A stretch of 64,000 bases of DNA from an uncultured candidate division Zixibacteria bacterium (lineage in GTDB: Bacteria > Zixibacteria > MSB-5A5 > GN15 > PGXB01). The DNA lies in contig OY969724.1 of NCBI GenBank assembly GCA_963702205.1, positions 2,592,001 through 2,656,000 of the forward strand. The letters are read 5' to 3'. The notes under the pieces were generated by a model that searched no databases, was not told where the DNA came from, and saw only the letters and a program-made list of their open reading frames with translations. Below, one piece after another: positions 1 to 7,944 of the stretch. Every line of letters begins with the position of its first letter. The first letter of the stretch is position 1. Position numbers and translations under genes: made by a program.

Positions 1-1
1 C

Positions 2-949
2 GGCTCGTTTCCGTCGTACGGCCGCTGGGCGGAATGGAATGCCTCTTTCCGCGATGATATAAGAAGATTCGTGCGTTCGGACGCCGGGATGGTTTCCAAT
101 CTGGCGTCGCGATTGATGGGCAGTCCCGATTTGTACATGAAAGGTGACCGCAATCTGGAGCACGGTATAAATTTTATCACCTGTCACGACGGGTTCACGC
201 TCAAGGACCTTGTATCGTACAACGAGAAGCGCAATCTGGCCAACGGTGAAAATAACCGCGACGGAGCCAATGAAAATTCGAGCTGGAACTGCGGGTGGGA
301 AGGTACCACGAAAATTCGTTCGATAGAATACGGGTTCGAATGCTCTTTCGAAGGTGTCGACAAACTCAGATTTCGGCAGGCCAAAAATTTCGCAGCGTTG
401 CTGCTGCTATCCAGAGGGGTACCGATGATTCTCGCCGGTGATGAATTCGGACGCACCCAAAAAGGCAATAACAACGCCTATTGCCAGGATAATCAGATAA
501 GCTGGCTCGACTGGAATATGGCCGGGACCGGCGGCGATCTGCTGCGGTTTTTCAAGCATTTGATCGCGTTTCGGAAACGTCACGCTTCAATTCGTGATCA
601 TTGCGCTGAATACGACGATATCATGGTTGAATTTCCGGTCAACTGGCACGGCGTCAAGCCGCATGAGCCGGACTGGTCGGACTATTCCCGGTCGCTGGCG
701 GTTCAAATCACCGAGCCGCTTGCAGATAATCCGAACGAACATATTGATATATACATCATCGCCAGTTCATATTGGCAGGAATTGACATTTGAGTTGCCGG
801 ATATTTCAGGTCGGAGCTGGCACCGGATTATTGATTCTTCGGTTGAGTCGCCCGACGACATCTGCGACGGTGATCGGGGATTTACGCTCGAACAGCAGTC
901 GGCTTATATTGTCAATCCGCGTTCAGTTGTCGTATTGATTGGTTATTGA
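2..949 (+). CDS. glgX: Glycogen debranching enzyme GlgX (isoamylase), 5'-truncated by window edge
   Basis: Frame is open from base 2 (GSFPSYGRWAEWN). Motifs INFITCHDGFTLKDLVSYNEKRN, SWNCGWEG, GVPMILAGDEFGRTQKGNNNAYCQDN. Confidence 0.95.
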   Translation, partial: GSFPSYGRWAEWNASFRDDIRRFVRSDAGMVSNLASRLMGSPDLYMKGDRNLEHGINFITCHDGFTLKDLVSYNEKRNLANGENNRDGANENSSWNCGWEGTTKIRSIEYGFECSFEGVDKLRFRQAKNFAALLLLSRGVPMILAGDEFGRTQKGNNNAYCQDNQISWLDWNMAGTGGDLLRFFKHLIAFRKRHASIRDHCAEYDDIMVEFPVNWHGVKPHEPDWSDYSRSLAVQITEPLADNPNEHIDIYIIASSYWQELTFELPDISGRSWHRIIDSSVESPDDICDGDRGFTLEQQSAYIVNPRSVVVLIGY

Positions 950-963
950 TAATCCCCAAAAAA

Positions 964-1047
964 TGCCGGAGGCCGGAATCGAACCGGCACGATGTTGCCA
1001 TCGGAGGATTTTGAGTCCTCTGCGTCTACCAATTTCACCACTCCGGC
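964..1047 (-). tRNA. tRNA-Leu(CAA), CCA end not encoded
   Basis: Reverse complement GCCGGAGTGGTGAAATTGGTAGACGCAGAGGACTCAAAATCCTCCGATGGCAACATCGTGCCGGTTCGATTCCGGCCTCCGGCA: acceptor stem GCCGGAG/CTCCGGC, anticodon arm GAGGA-CTCAAAA-TCCTC, long variable arm, T-loop TTCGATT. Confidence 0.97.
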
Positions 1048-1056
1048 ATGGGCATG

Positions 1057-1085
1057 AAAATAGACTTCGCTTTCGCCTTAGTCAA
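1057..1085 (-). promoter_or_regulatory. Putative sigma70 promoter of tRNA-Leu
   Basis: TTGACT-17 nt-TATTTT ending 9 nt upstream of the tRNA 5' end. Confidence 0.55.
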
Positions 1086-1115
1086 GTGTATTCTTATCGG
1101 GGATTCGCTGCGTTC

Positions 1116-1139
1116 GAAAATATTGTTGACAATATTTTC
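1116..1139. promoter_or_regulatory. Perfect 11-bp inverted repeat (putative operator) overlapping a TTGACA -35 box
   Basis: GAAAATATTGT-TG-ACAATATTTTC, with TTGACA at 1126-1131, upstream of the 58-aa ORF. Confidence 0.5.
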
Positions 1140-1189
1140 AATAATCACAATATTAGCGGCATACAAATCTCGAAATTCAGGGACGTGAG

Positions 1190-1366
1190 ATGAGTAAGGC
1201 AAAACCATCAAAGTCAAGACGAAAGAACAAGGATTCCACCCGTCGCGATTTTCTGAAAAAACTCGGCACGGGTGTGTTAATTACCGCGTCATATTCTTTA
1301 ATTTCTTTGACCCAATTTCATTGCAGCGACAGTCCGACCTCAACCCAGCCGGTTTATTACGGGTAA
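1190..1366 (+). CDS. 58-aa peptide with twin-arginine motif; candidate RiPP or lipopeptide precursor
   Basis: Manual translation: MSKAKPSKSRRKNKDSTRRDFLKKLGTGVLITASYSLISLTQFHCSDSPTSTQPVYYG. AGGGA SD-like motif upstream. Stop is 27 nt before the GT9 gene. Too short for the ORF track. Confidence 0.8.
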   Translation: MSKAKPSKSRRKNKDSTRRDFLKKLGTGVLITASYSLISLTQFHCSDSPTSTQPVYYG

Positions 1367-1393
1367 CTGCGAACCCAAGCCTGTTTTAATACC

Positions 1394-2647
1394 TTGGCCG
1401 GAAGCAAAAAGCCCCATAAAATATTGGTTCGTCTGGTCGACAACCTGGGCGATCTGTTGATTGCCATTCCCGTATTTCGAGAGCTGAAACGCAATTTCCC
1501 TAACGCCACTATAACCGCCGCCGTAAGAAAATCCCAAAGAACATTGTTGTCCGGATACGCCGATGCATTTATGCCGCCGGTAAAGAAAGAGTCTCTGTCA
1601 AGATACACGAACCGATTCGACTTTGTATTGAACGTAGCCTATAGCTTTCCGGATAATTACAAGCCCGGAAAGCTGAAAAGGGGATCTGTAAATCATATCG
1701 GAACGCCCGATTGGAGTAAAGGTCAACATGTTTATAAAAACCTCCTGGACGGACTGAAGTCCTACGGGCTTTCGGTCTCATACAACCGGCCCCGAATAGT
1801 GCTATCACCGGAAACAAAAGCCGAATCGAATCTATGGATAAAGAAAAACGGCCTTAGTACAAAAGATAGCTTTATCGTCGCCGTCAACGCCGGAAGCGGC
1901 TTTAAATATAAAAGATGGCCGCTCGACAATTTCGTACGCTTGTGCAAATGGCTGATAGCGGAATTCGATGCCAAAATCTTGGTGGTGTCACAAAACAGGC
2001 GGGACTGGGCGGCGCACAGTCTGCATGCAAGACTTCCGGTCAATCATCGCTTTTGGCTGCACGATTATGAAATCGACGTCGTGGCCGCAGTTTTGTCCCG
2101 GATCGATCTTTGCATCGGCAACGATTCAGGCATCGGCCATCTGGCATCGGTGGTTAATGCTCCTACGGTTACGATTTTCGGCCCGACGTCGGCCCGGCTG
2201 TGGCAGCCGGTCGGAAAGCAGGGGATAATCATCACAAATGCTAACGCCGGATGCCAATGCGGATATGAAAAAGCGAAAGTCTGTCGTCATAAAAGGTGCT
2301 TCAAAGAAATCTCGCCGACTAATTTCGCCGATGCTATTTTAATCTGTCTGAGTACAAAATATGACCGTACAAAAAAGGACGCCTTGAACCGAATAACGCC
2401 CGCCGAAAATATTAGACTGGAAATGTCGGGGAGAAATACGTGCATTTATAATGAAAATGTTCGTCGGCCTTTTATAGTAAAAAAAGGCAAAAAGTGCGTT
2501 CTCAAAATTATCGAAGCCGCTCGGAAGCATAATTGCCTAAGCGAGCTTTATAAGAGGTTTCCCCGCGACAAACATCTGATTGACTTCCTGCTGCTCCACA
2601 GAATTATCATTTCTGCCAGCTCGAAGAAATACAATCGCAATGTATAA
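1394..2647 (+). CDS. Glycosyltransferase family 9 (ADP-heptose transferase-like) with a C-terminal ~85-aa RRE/PqqD-like extension
   Basis: KILVRLVDNLGDLL, AVNAGSGFKYKRWP, IGNDSGIGHLAS, TIFGPT, Cys cluster CQC..C..C. An extra domain follows the usual GT9 end. TTG start. Confidence 0.88.
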   Translation: MAGSKKPHKILVRLVDNLGDLLIAIPVFRELKRNFPNATITAAVRKSQRTLLSGYADAFMPPVKKESLSRYTNRFDFVLNVAYSFPDNYKPGKLKRGSVNHIGTPDWSKGQHVYKNLLDGLKSYGLSVSYNRPRIVLSPETKAESNLWIKKNGLSTKDSFIVAVNAGSGFKYKRWPLDNFVRLCKWLIAEFDAKILVVSQNRRDWAAHSLHARLPVNHRFWLHDYEIDVVAAVLSRIDLCIGNDSGIGHLASVVNAPTVTIFGPTSARLWQPVGKQGIIITNANAGCQCGYEKAKVCRHKRCFKEISPTNFADAILICLSTKYDRTKKDALNRITPAENIRLEMSGRNTCIYNENVRRPFIVKKGKKCVLKIIEAARKHNCLSELYKRFPRDKHLIDFLLLHRIIISASSKKYNRNV

Positions 2648-2658
2648 AGGCCATTTCG

Positions 2659-4818
2659 TTAAAAATGCCTGACATCGGTCGAATCTTCCGAGAAGTCATA
2701 CTTGTCGGGATCGGTGCCCGGTCCTACGTACAGACCCTTTGAAGGATGCAGGGGACAGGTTTCGGTCGGGACGTCCTCGGCGCGGAAGATTTCTTTAACC
2801 ACGTCGACACACCGATCGGTTGCGAGCTTGCCCGATTCCAGACAGATATCGGCGTAGACTATCCCGTCCGGCTGTTCGAAATCCAGAACCGGCAGGCTGT
2901 CATGGGCGGCTTTCATTATTTCCACCCAGATCGGAAGGGCGTTAACCGAACCGGTTTGATTCCTGCCGATCGAGGTTTTTTCGTCGAATCCGACCCACAC
3001 CCCGGAGGTAATCTGAGGCGTGTACCCGACAAACCAGTTGTCGCAAAAATTATCCGAGGTGCCCGTCTTGCCTCCGGCCGGACGGCGAAAGCCGCGCCAG
3101 CGTGCTCCGTGACCGGTGCCGTGCGTGCCATCCATGACCGATTGCATCATCGAGACCATAATGTACGCCGTTTGGGCCGAGAGAACTTCTTCCTTCTTTA
3201 TATTGGAATCGTCTTCGAGCACGTTGCCGTAACGGTCGATAATGCGCGTGATATAGCGCGGTGGGATGCGAATCCCGCCATTGGGAAAAACGGTATAGGC
3301 AGAAACCAGATCGAGCGGTTTGACGACTTCAGTACCGATTGCAAGCGATGCTACCGGCTTTAGCGGAGTCGTGATTCCCATTTTGTGAGCGTAGAAGATA
3401 GCCTGTTCCGGCGTAATCTTCAGCAGCAACTTAATAGCAATCAGATTCCGTGACATTTCCAGACCTGTGCGCAGGGTCATCCGGCCCATGAATTCATTGT
3501 CGAAATTGTGCGGTCGCCAGTCTTTGGCACCGGGGATTTCCAGCTTAATGGAATTATCGTAAAATACGTCCGACGGATGGTAGCCGTTATCCATAGCGGC
3601 GGTATATATGAACGGCTTGAAAGCCGAGCCCGGTTGTAATAATGATTGCACGGCGCGATTGAACTTGGTTTCCGCGAAGGAGCGTCCGCCCACAAGAGAT
3701 AATATGTCGCCGTTCTTATTATCCAGGACTATGGCGGCGCCCTGGATCTGTTTGTAAACCCGCACCGAGTCGCCTCTGTCATCGACGGTGTCGGGAAGAA
3801 CGTACGTATAAGTAGGGCTGGTTTTGGGGTGAGCTCGTTCGATTCTGGCCTGCAGAGAATCCAATCTGGTTTTGACCTGATTTTCCGTAACCTGCTGCAA
3901 TCGCCAGTCGAGGGTGGTCATGACGGTCAGCCCGCCGGAATAGAGGGCCTTCTCACCGTATTTGTCGAGAATATACTGCCGGACCATTTCGGTGAAGTAG
4001 GGCGCCCGGCCCGTCTCCTGCATCGGCTCTTTCAGATCGAGCGGCAGGCTTTTAAGAGAATCGTATTCCTCTTTATTTATCTTGCCCCAGCTATAGTACG
4101 AATACAGCGAGCGGTTGCGGATTCTAACGGCAAGATCGGCGGAATCGAAAACTTTGAGCCGACTGGGTCCCTTTAAGAGAGCCACCAGCAGGGCACAATC
4201 ATTGATTGTCAGCTGATCGACTCTCTTGTCGAAATAGGCTCTCGCCGCGGCCGCGATGCCGTGCGCTCCGCGACCGAAGTAGTACTGGTTTAAGTACATC
4301 TGGAGGATTTCTTCTTTGGAATAAGTGCGTTCCAGCTTGATCGCGGTCAAAGCTTCTTTTATTTTTCGGGAAAAAGTTTTCTTCCTGTCCAGAAACAGCA
4401 TCCGGGATAGCTGCTGGGTGATGGTCGATGCACCCTGAGCGATACGGCCTTCAACCAGGTCGATGACGGCCGCCTTGGCGATTCGAACCGGGTTAATGCC
4501 CCAATGATCCCAAAACTGCTGATCTTCGACGGCCAAAAGCATATTAATCAATTGCCTGGGCATCTGGTTGTATGGGGTCAGGACGCGGTTCTCGTTAAAA
4601 TAGCTCTGCAACAGGGAACCATCGGCCGAATAAATTTTAGTCTTGAGCGATGGCTCAATATTGTGCAGTTCCTCGAATGATGGTAAATCTTCCTGATATA
4701 CCACATAGGTCCGGTATATGACGACAGTCATAAAGACTATGCCAAGTGCCGAAAGAATCAGCACGGACCGCAGGGTCCTTTTCTTTTTGTCTTTGTTTTT
4801 CTTCACCACAAAATTCAT
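2659..4818 (-). CDS. mrcA: Class A penicillin-binding protein PBP1A
   Basis: N-terminal TM. Transglycosylase motifs EDQQFWDHWG, GASTITQQL, RKIKE. Transpeptidase motifs SAFK, SRN, KTG. Confidence 0.93.
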   Translation of the reverse strand: MNFVVKKNKDKKKRTLRSVLILSALGIVFMTVVIYRTYVVYQEDLPSFEELHNIEPSLKTKIYSADGSLLQSYFNENRVLTPYNQMPRQLINMLLAVEDQQFWDHWGINPVRIAKAAVIDLVEGRIAQGASTITQQLSRMLFLDRKKTFSRKIKEALTAIKLERTYSKEEILQMYLNQYYFGRGAHGIAAAARAYFDKRVDQLTINDCALLVALLKGPSRLKVFDSADLAVRIRNRSLYSYYSWGKINKEEYDSLKSLPLDLKEPMQETGRAPYFTEMVRQYILDKYGEKALYSGGLTVMTTLDWRLQQVTENQVKTRLDSLQARIERAHPKTSPTYTYVLPDTVDDRGDSVRVYKQIQGAAIVLDNKNGDILSLVGGRSFAETKFNRAVQSLLQPGSAFKPFIYTAAMDNGYHPSDVFYDNSIKLEIPGAKDWRPHNFDNEFMGRMTLRTGLEMSRNLIAIKLLLKITPEQAIFYAHKMGITTPLKPVASLAIGTEVVKPLDLVSAYTVFPNGGIRIPPRYITRIIDRYGNVLEDDSNIKKEEVLSAQTAYIMVSMMQSVMDGTHGTGHGARWRGFRRPAGGKTGTSDNFCDNWFVGYTPQITSGVWVGFDEKTSIGRNQTGSVNALPIWVEIMKAAHDSLPVLDFEQPDGIVYADICLESGKLATDRCVDVVKEIFRAEDVPTETCPLHPSKGLYVGPGTDPDKYDFSEDSTDVRHF

Positions 4819-4825
4819 AAGCCCT

Positions 4826-4855
4826 ATTATGTCATTAATTAGCGGTTTAAGTCAA
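4826..4855 (-). promoter_or_regulatory. Putative sigma70 promoter of PBP1A gene (leaderless geometry)
   Basis: TTGACT-18-CATAAT, TG-extended, 7 nt before the ATG at 4818. No SD. Confidence 0.5.
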
Positions 4856-4927
4856 CCAAAAAGACGTGCAGACAGGCATTTGATATATTATACATCGGCA
4901 GCTACCATACGGTTTAAAATATATAAC

Positions 4928-4956
4928 TTGCCTTTTATACGCCGTTATTTTATTCT
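4928..4956 (+). promoter_or_regulatory. Putative sigma70 promoter of tyrS
   Basis: TTGCCT-17-TATTCT. Confidence 0.45.
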
Positions 4957-5028
4957 CGCTCTATAAATGTTCGAAAAAACCAAAGAGAATAAGCATTTGG
5001 CCGATAATAAATTAAAGCGAAAAGACCG

Positions 5029-6246
5029 ATGAATAAAGAATTCCAAAAACAATGGGCGGCTATATCAAGAGGTGCTGTGGAACTTCTGCCACCCGATGAA
5101 TTTAAAGATCGCCTCAAGCAATCCATCGAAAACAACAAACCCCTTAGGGTCAAACAGGGGTTTGATCCGACCGCGCCCGATATACACCTGGGCCATACCG
5201 TCGGCATCAGAAAGCTTCGTCAGTTTCAGGAGCTGGGTCATAAAATAGTCCTGATCATAGGCGACTACACCGCCATGGTGGGCGATCCCTCGGGTCGCTC
5301 GGCTACCCGGCCGCAACTGTCTTATGACCAGATCAAGGCCAATAGTGAAACATATCAAAAGCAGTTTTTCAAGATACTCGATAAAACCCGGACGGAAGTA
5401 CATTACAATGGCGAGTGGTTCGCCAGGATGGACTTCAAAAGTATATTGGAGCTGGCGTCCAAATTCACGGTGGCAAGGATTCTGGAGCGCGACGATTTCG
5501 AAAAGAGATTCAAATCCAATACCCCGATTTCTATTCATGAGTTTTTGTATCCATTGATGCAGGCCTATGATTCTGTCGCGATCAAGGCCGACGTCGAAAT
5601 CGGGGCGACCGAACAAAAATTTAACCTGTTGACCGGGAGGGAAATCCAGCAGGATTACGGAATCGAGCCGCAGGTGGTCCTCACTCTGCCGGTGCTCGTG
5701 GGTCTCGACGGGCATCAGCGCATGTCGAAGTCGATCGGCAACTATATTGGAATCGATGAGCCGCCGAATGAGATATTCGGGAAGGTTATGTCGATACCGG
5801 ACAGCCTGATTTATTCGTATTTCGAGCTGGCGACAGATGTCCCCGAGACACGGCTTGCAGAGATTAAAGCGATACTTGAAGCCGGCAGGACTAATCCTAT
5901 GGATATCAAGAAAGAACTTGGGGAAACTCTGGTTCGGGAATATTATGATGCGGGAGATGCGAAGGATGCACGAGAAGAATTCGAGCGGGTGTTTTCGCGA
6001 AAAGAGACTCCCGAGGACGTGCCGGAATTCGACGCTTCGGATTACGGAGGAAGAGTCTGGATAGTGCAGCTTCTCGAAGACGGCGGTCTGGTCAACTCGC
6101 GGGGTGAGGCTCGACGGCTAATTCGCGGCGGCGGAGTAAGTATCGACGGCGATAAAGTATCCGACGAAAACCTCGAATTCGAACTGAAAGACGGCTCGTT
6201 AATAAAAGCCGGGAAAAGACGATTTTTAAAGATCAAATTGTCATAG
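5029..6246 (+). CDS. tyrS: Tyrosine--tRNA ligase
   Basis: GFDPTAPDIHLGH, YPLMQAYD, RMSKS, C-terminal S4 domain. Confidence 0.98.
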   Translation: MNKEFQKQWAAISRGAVELLPPDEFKDRLKQSIENNKPLRVKQGFDPTAPDIHLGHTVGIRKLRQFQELGHKIVLIIGDYTAMVGDPSGRSATRPQLSYDQIKANSETYQKQFFKILDKTRTEVHYNGEWFARMDFKSILELASKFTVARILERDDFEKRFKSNTPISIHEFLYPLMQAYDSVAIKADVEIGATEQKFNLLTGREIQQDYGIEPQVVLTLPVLVGLDGHQRMSKSIGNYIGIDEPPNEIFGKVMSIPDSLIYSYFELATDVPETRLAEIKAILEAGRTNPMDIKKELGETLVREYYDAGDAKDAREEFERVFSRKETPEDVPEFDASDYGGRVWIVQLLEDGGLVNSRGEARRLIRGGGVSIDGDKVSDENLEFELKDGSLIKAGKRRFLKIKLS

Positions 6247-6285
6247 CTGTCGGAACTATAACCGGTTACGGCAATTATAAACTAT

Positions 6286-7944
6286 ATGAAATTCAATTCC
6301 ATTAAATTCGTCATCGTGATTTTTGTCCTGGCCCTAACGGGGTGCGGTGGGTATAAGGCCATCAATTATTCCGGGGAGAAAAAGCCCGGTTTGATTGACA
6401 GCAGATTAAACTCGTCCGAGATGCTGCTGGCCGATAACGACGACAAAGCGGACACCCTCGATAATACGATAAATCGTTTTGCATTCAATCACTTCGCCAA
6501 CGGATCCATACTTGAAGCAATGGGCGAATATTATCTGGCCAGTCAGCAGTACCGCGAAGCTTTGAAATATATGCCGGAGTCGGCGGAAATCAGATCGAGT
6601 TATGCTCTGACACTTTTTTATTTGAGGGAATTCGACAAAGCCCTGGTCGAAGCGCAGAAGGTCAGCCCACAGGATTTGCAGACCAGGATACTTATCGCCG
6701 ATTGTTACCGTATTCTCGGTAAGGTGCCCGAGTCTCTGGCGGCTTATGAAGCGGCGGTCAAGGAAGATACTCTGAACACTCAGATATGGTATCATATCGC
6801 CCACTTTCAGGAGCAATTGCAGCATTATGACAGCGCCGCATACGCTTTTTCAAGGGTGGCCAATCTGAATCCGAGCGGCGACAATTTCCAGAAGCTCGGC
6901 AATCTTCAGATACGAGCCGGACTGATCCCGGAAGCCCTGGAGAGCTACAAACAGTCGATCTCGATGGATTCGTCGGCGGACAACGTTCGGGCGTATCTGG
7001 GCATGTCGGTTATATACGAGGAATCCGGTGCCAATGACAGCGCTCTCTATTACACCGAGCAGGCTTACGACCGTGCTCCCGACGATAACATGATCGAGAC
7101 GCGTCTGCTGGGCTTCTATGAAAAAGACGGGCAGTACGACAAGGGGATAGATATCGCCAGGGACGTCATCGACCGATCACCGTTTGATCGTTCTTTAATT
7201 CAGAGGCTCGGGGTTTTGTATTATCTTCAGGACAGCCTCAGACTGGCCGATTCGGTGTTCACTTATTTAGAGGATTCCGGGATCAATGATCTCTCTGTAC
7301 AATATTATATCGGCCGGGTGGCGTTTTTGCGGGGCGATTTGCCGCGCGCCCGGGATTATTTCAAACGCATTACTCTTGAGGCGGATACGGTCATCGACGG
7401 CTGGATAAACCTCGGTATGGTCTACTATGAAATGGATTCGGTCAAGGCCGAGATCAACGACTATGAAAAAGCCCTGACTCACCTCAGGACCCTCGATGAC
7501 TCGCTCTCGATTTCTTTTTCGCTGGGAGCCGCGCTGGAACGAGACGGGCAGTTCGATCGCGCGGTCTCGCTGTTTGAATATATCCTGAAATACCGTCCGG
7601 ACCACGCCCCGACCCTGAACTATCTCGGGTACATGCTGGCCGAAAAAGGGGAAAGACTGGACTACGCCCGAAAACTTATTGAAAAAGCACTCAAATTATC
7701 TCCTGACAACGGTGCCTACATCGACAGCTATGGATGGCTGATGTACCGTATGGGGAAATACAGTAAAGCCCTGGAACAACTGACGCTGGCCTATAAATAT
7801 ATCAATGACGACCCGGTCGTATTGCACCATCTCGGCGATATATATGAAGCCCTTGACGAACCCGATCAGGCTCGCGTATATTGGCAAAAAGCATTGGAGC
7901 TTGATCCGAATAATGAAGCGCTTAAAGAAAAGCTCGAACATTAG
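6286..7944 (+). CDS. TPR-repeat lipoprotein
   Basis: Lipobox LTGC, multiple TPRs, LNYLGY..A, YIDSYGW, HLGD. Confidence 0.88.
   Translation: MKFNSIKFVIVIFVLALTGCGGYKAINYSGEKKPGLIDSRLNSSEMLLADNDDKADTLDNTINRFAFNHFANGSILEAMGEYYLASQQYREALKYMPESAEIRSSYALTLFYLREFDKALVEAQKVSPQDLQTRILIADCYRILGKVPESLAAYEAAVKEDTLNTQIWYHIAHFQEQLQHYDSAAYAFSRVANLNPSGDNFQKLGNLQIRAGLIPEALESYKQSISMDSSADNVRAYLGMSVIYEESGANDSALYYTEQAYDRAPDDNMIETRLLGFYEKDGQYDKGIDIARDVIDRSPFDRSLIQRLGVLYYLQDSLRLADSVFTYLEDSGINDLSVQYYIGRVAFLRGDLPRARDYFKRITLEADTVIDGWINLGMVYYEMDSVKAEINDYEKALTHLRTLDDSLSISFSLGAALERDGQFDRAVSLFEYILKYRPDHAPTLNYLGYMLAEKGERLDYARKLIEKALKLSPDNGAYIDSYGWLMYRMGKYSKALEQLTLAYKYINDDPVVLHHLGDIYEALDEPDQARVYWQKALELDPNNEALKEKLEH

Noticed and set aside
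939..1217. ORFs 939-1193 (+) and 1035-1217 (-)
   Set aside because: They overlap tRNA-Leu and its promoter. MPEAGIEPAR is just the translated tRNA antisense strand.
964..2647. Genomic island integrated at tRNA-Leu
   Set aside because: No integrase and no duplicated tRNA 3' end seen. The peptide-GT9 unit lies on the 5' side of the tRNA.
4960..5028. T-box leader for tyrS (or leuS)
   Set aside because: The leaders are too short and no T-box consensus (AGGGTGGNACCGCG) was seen.
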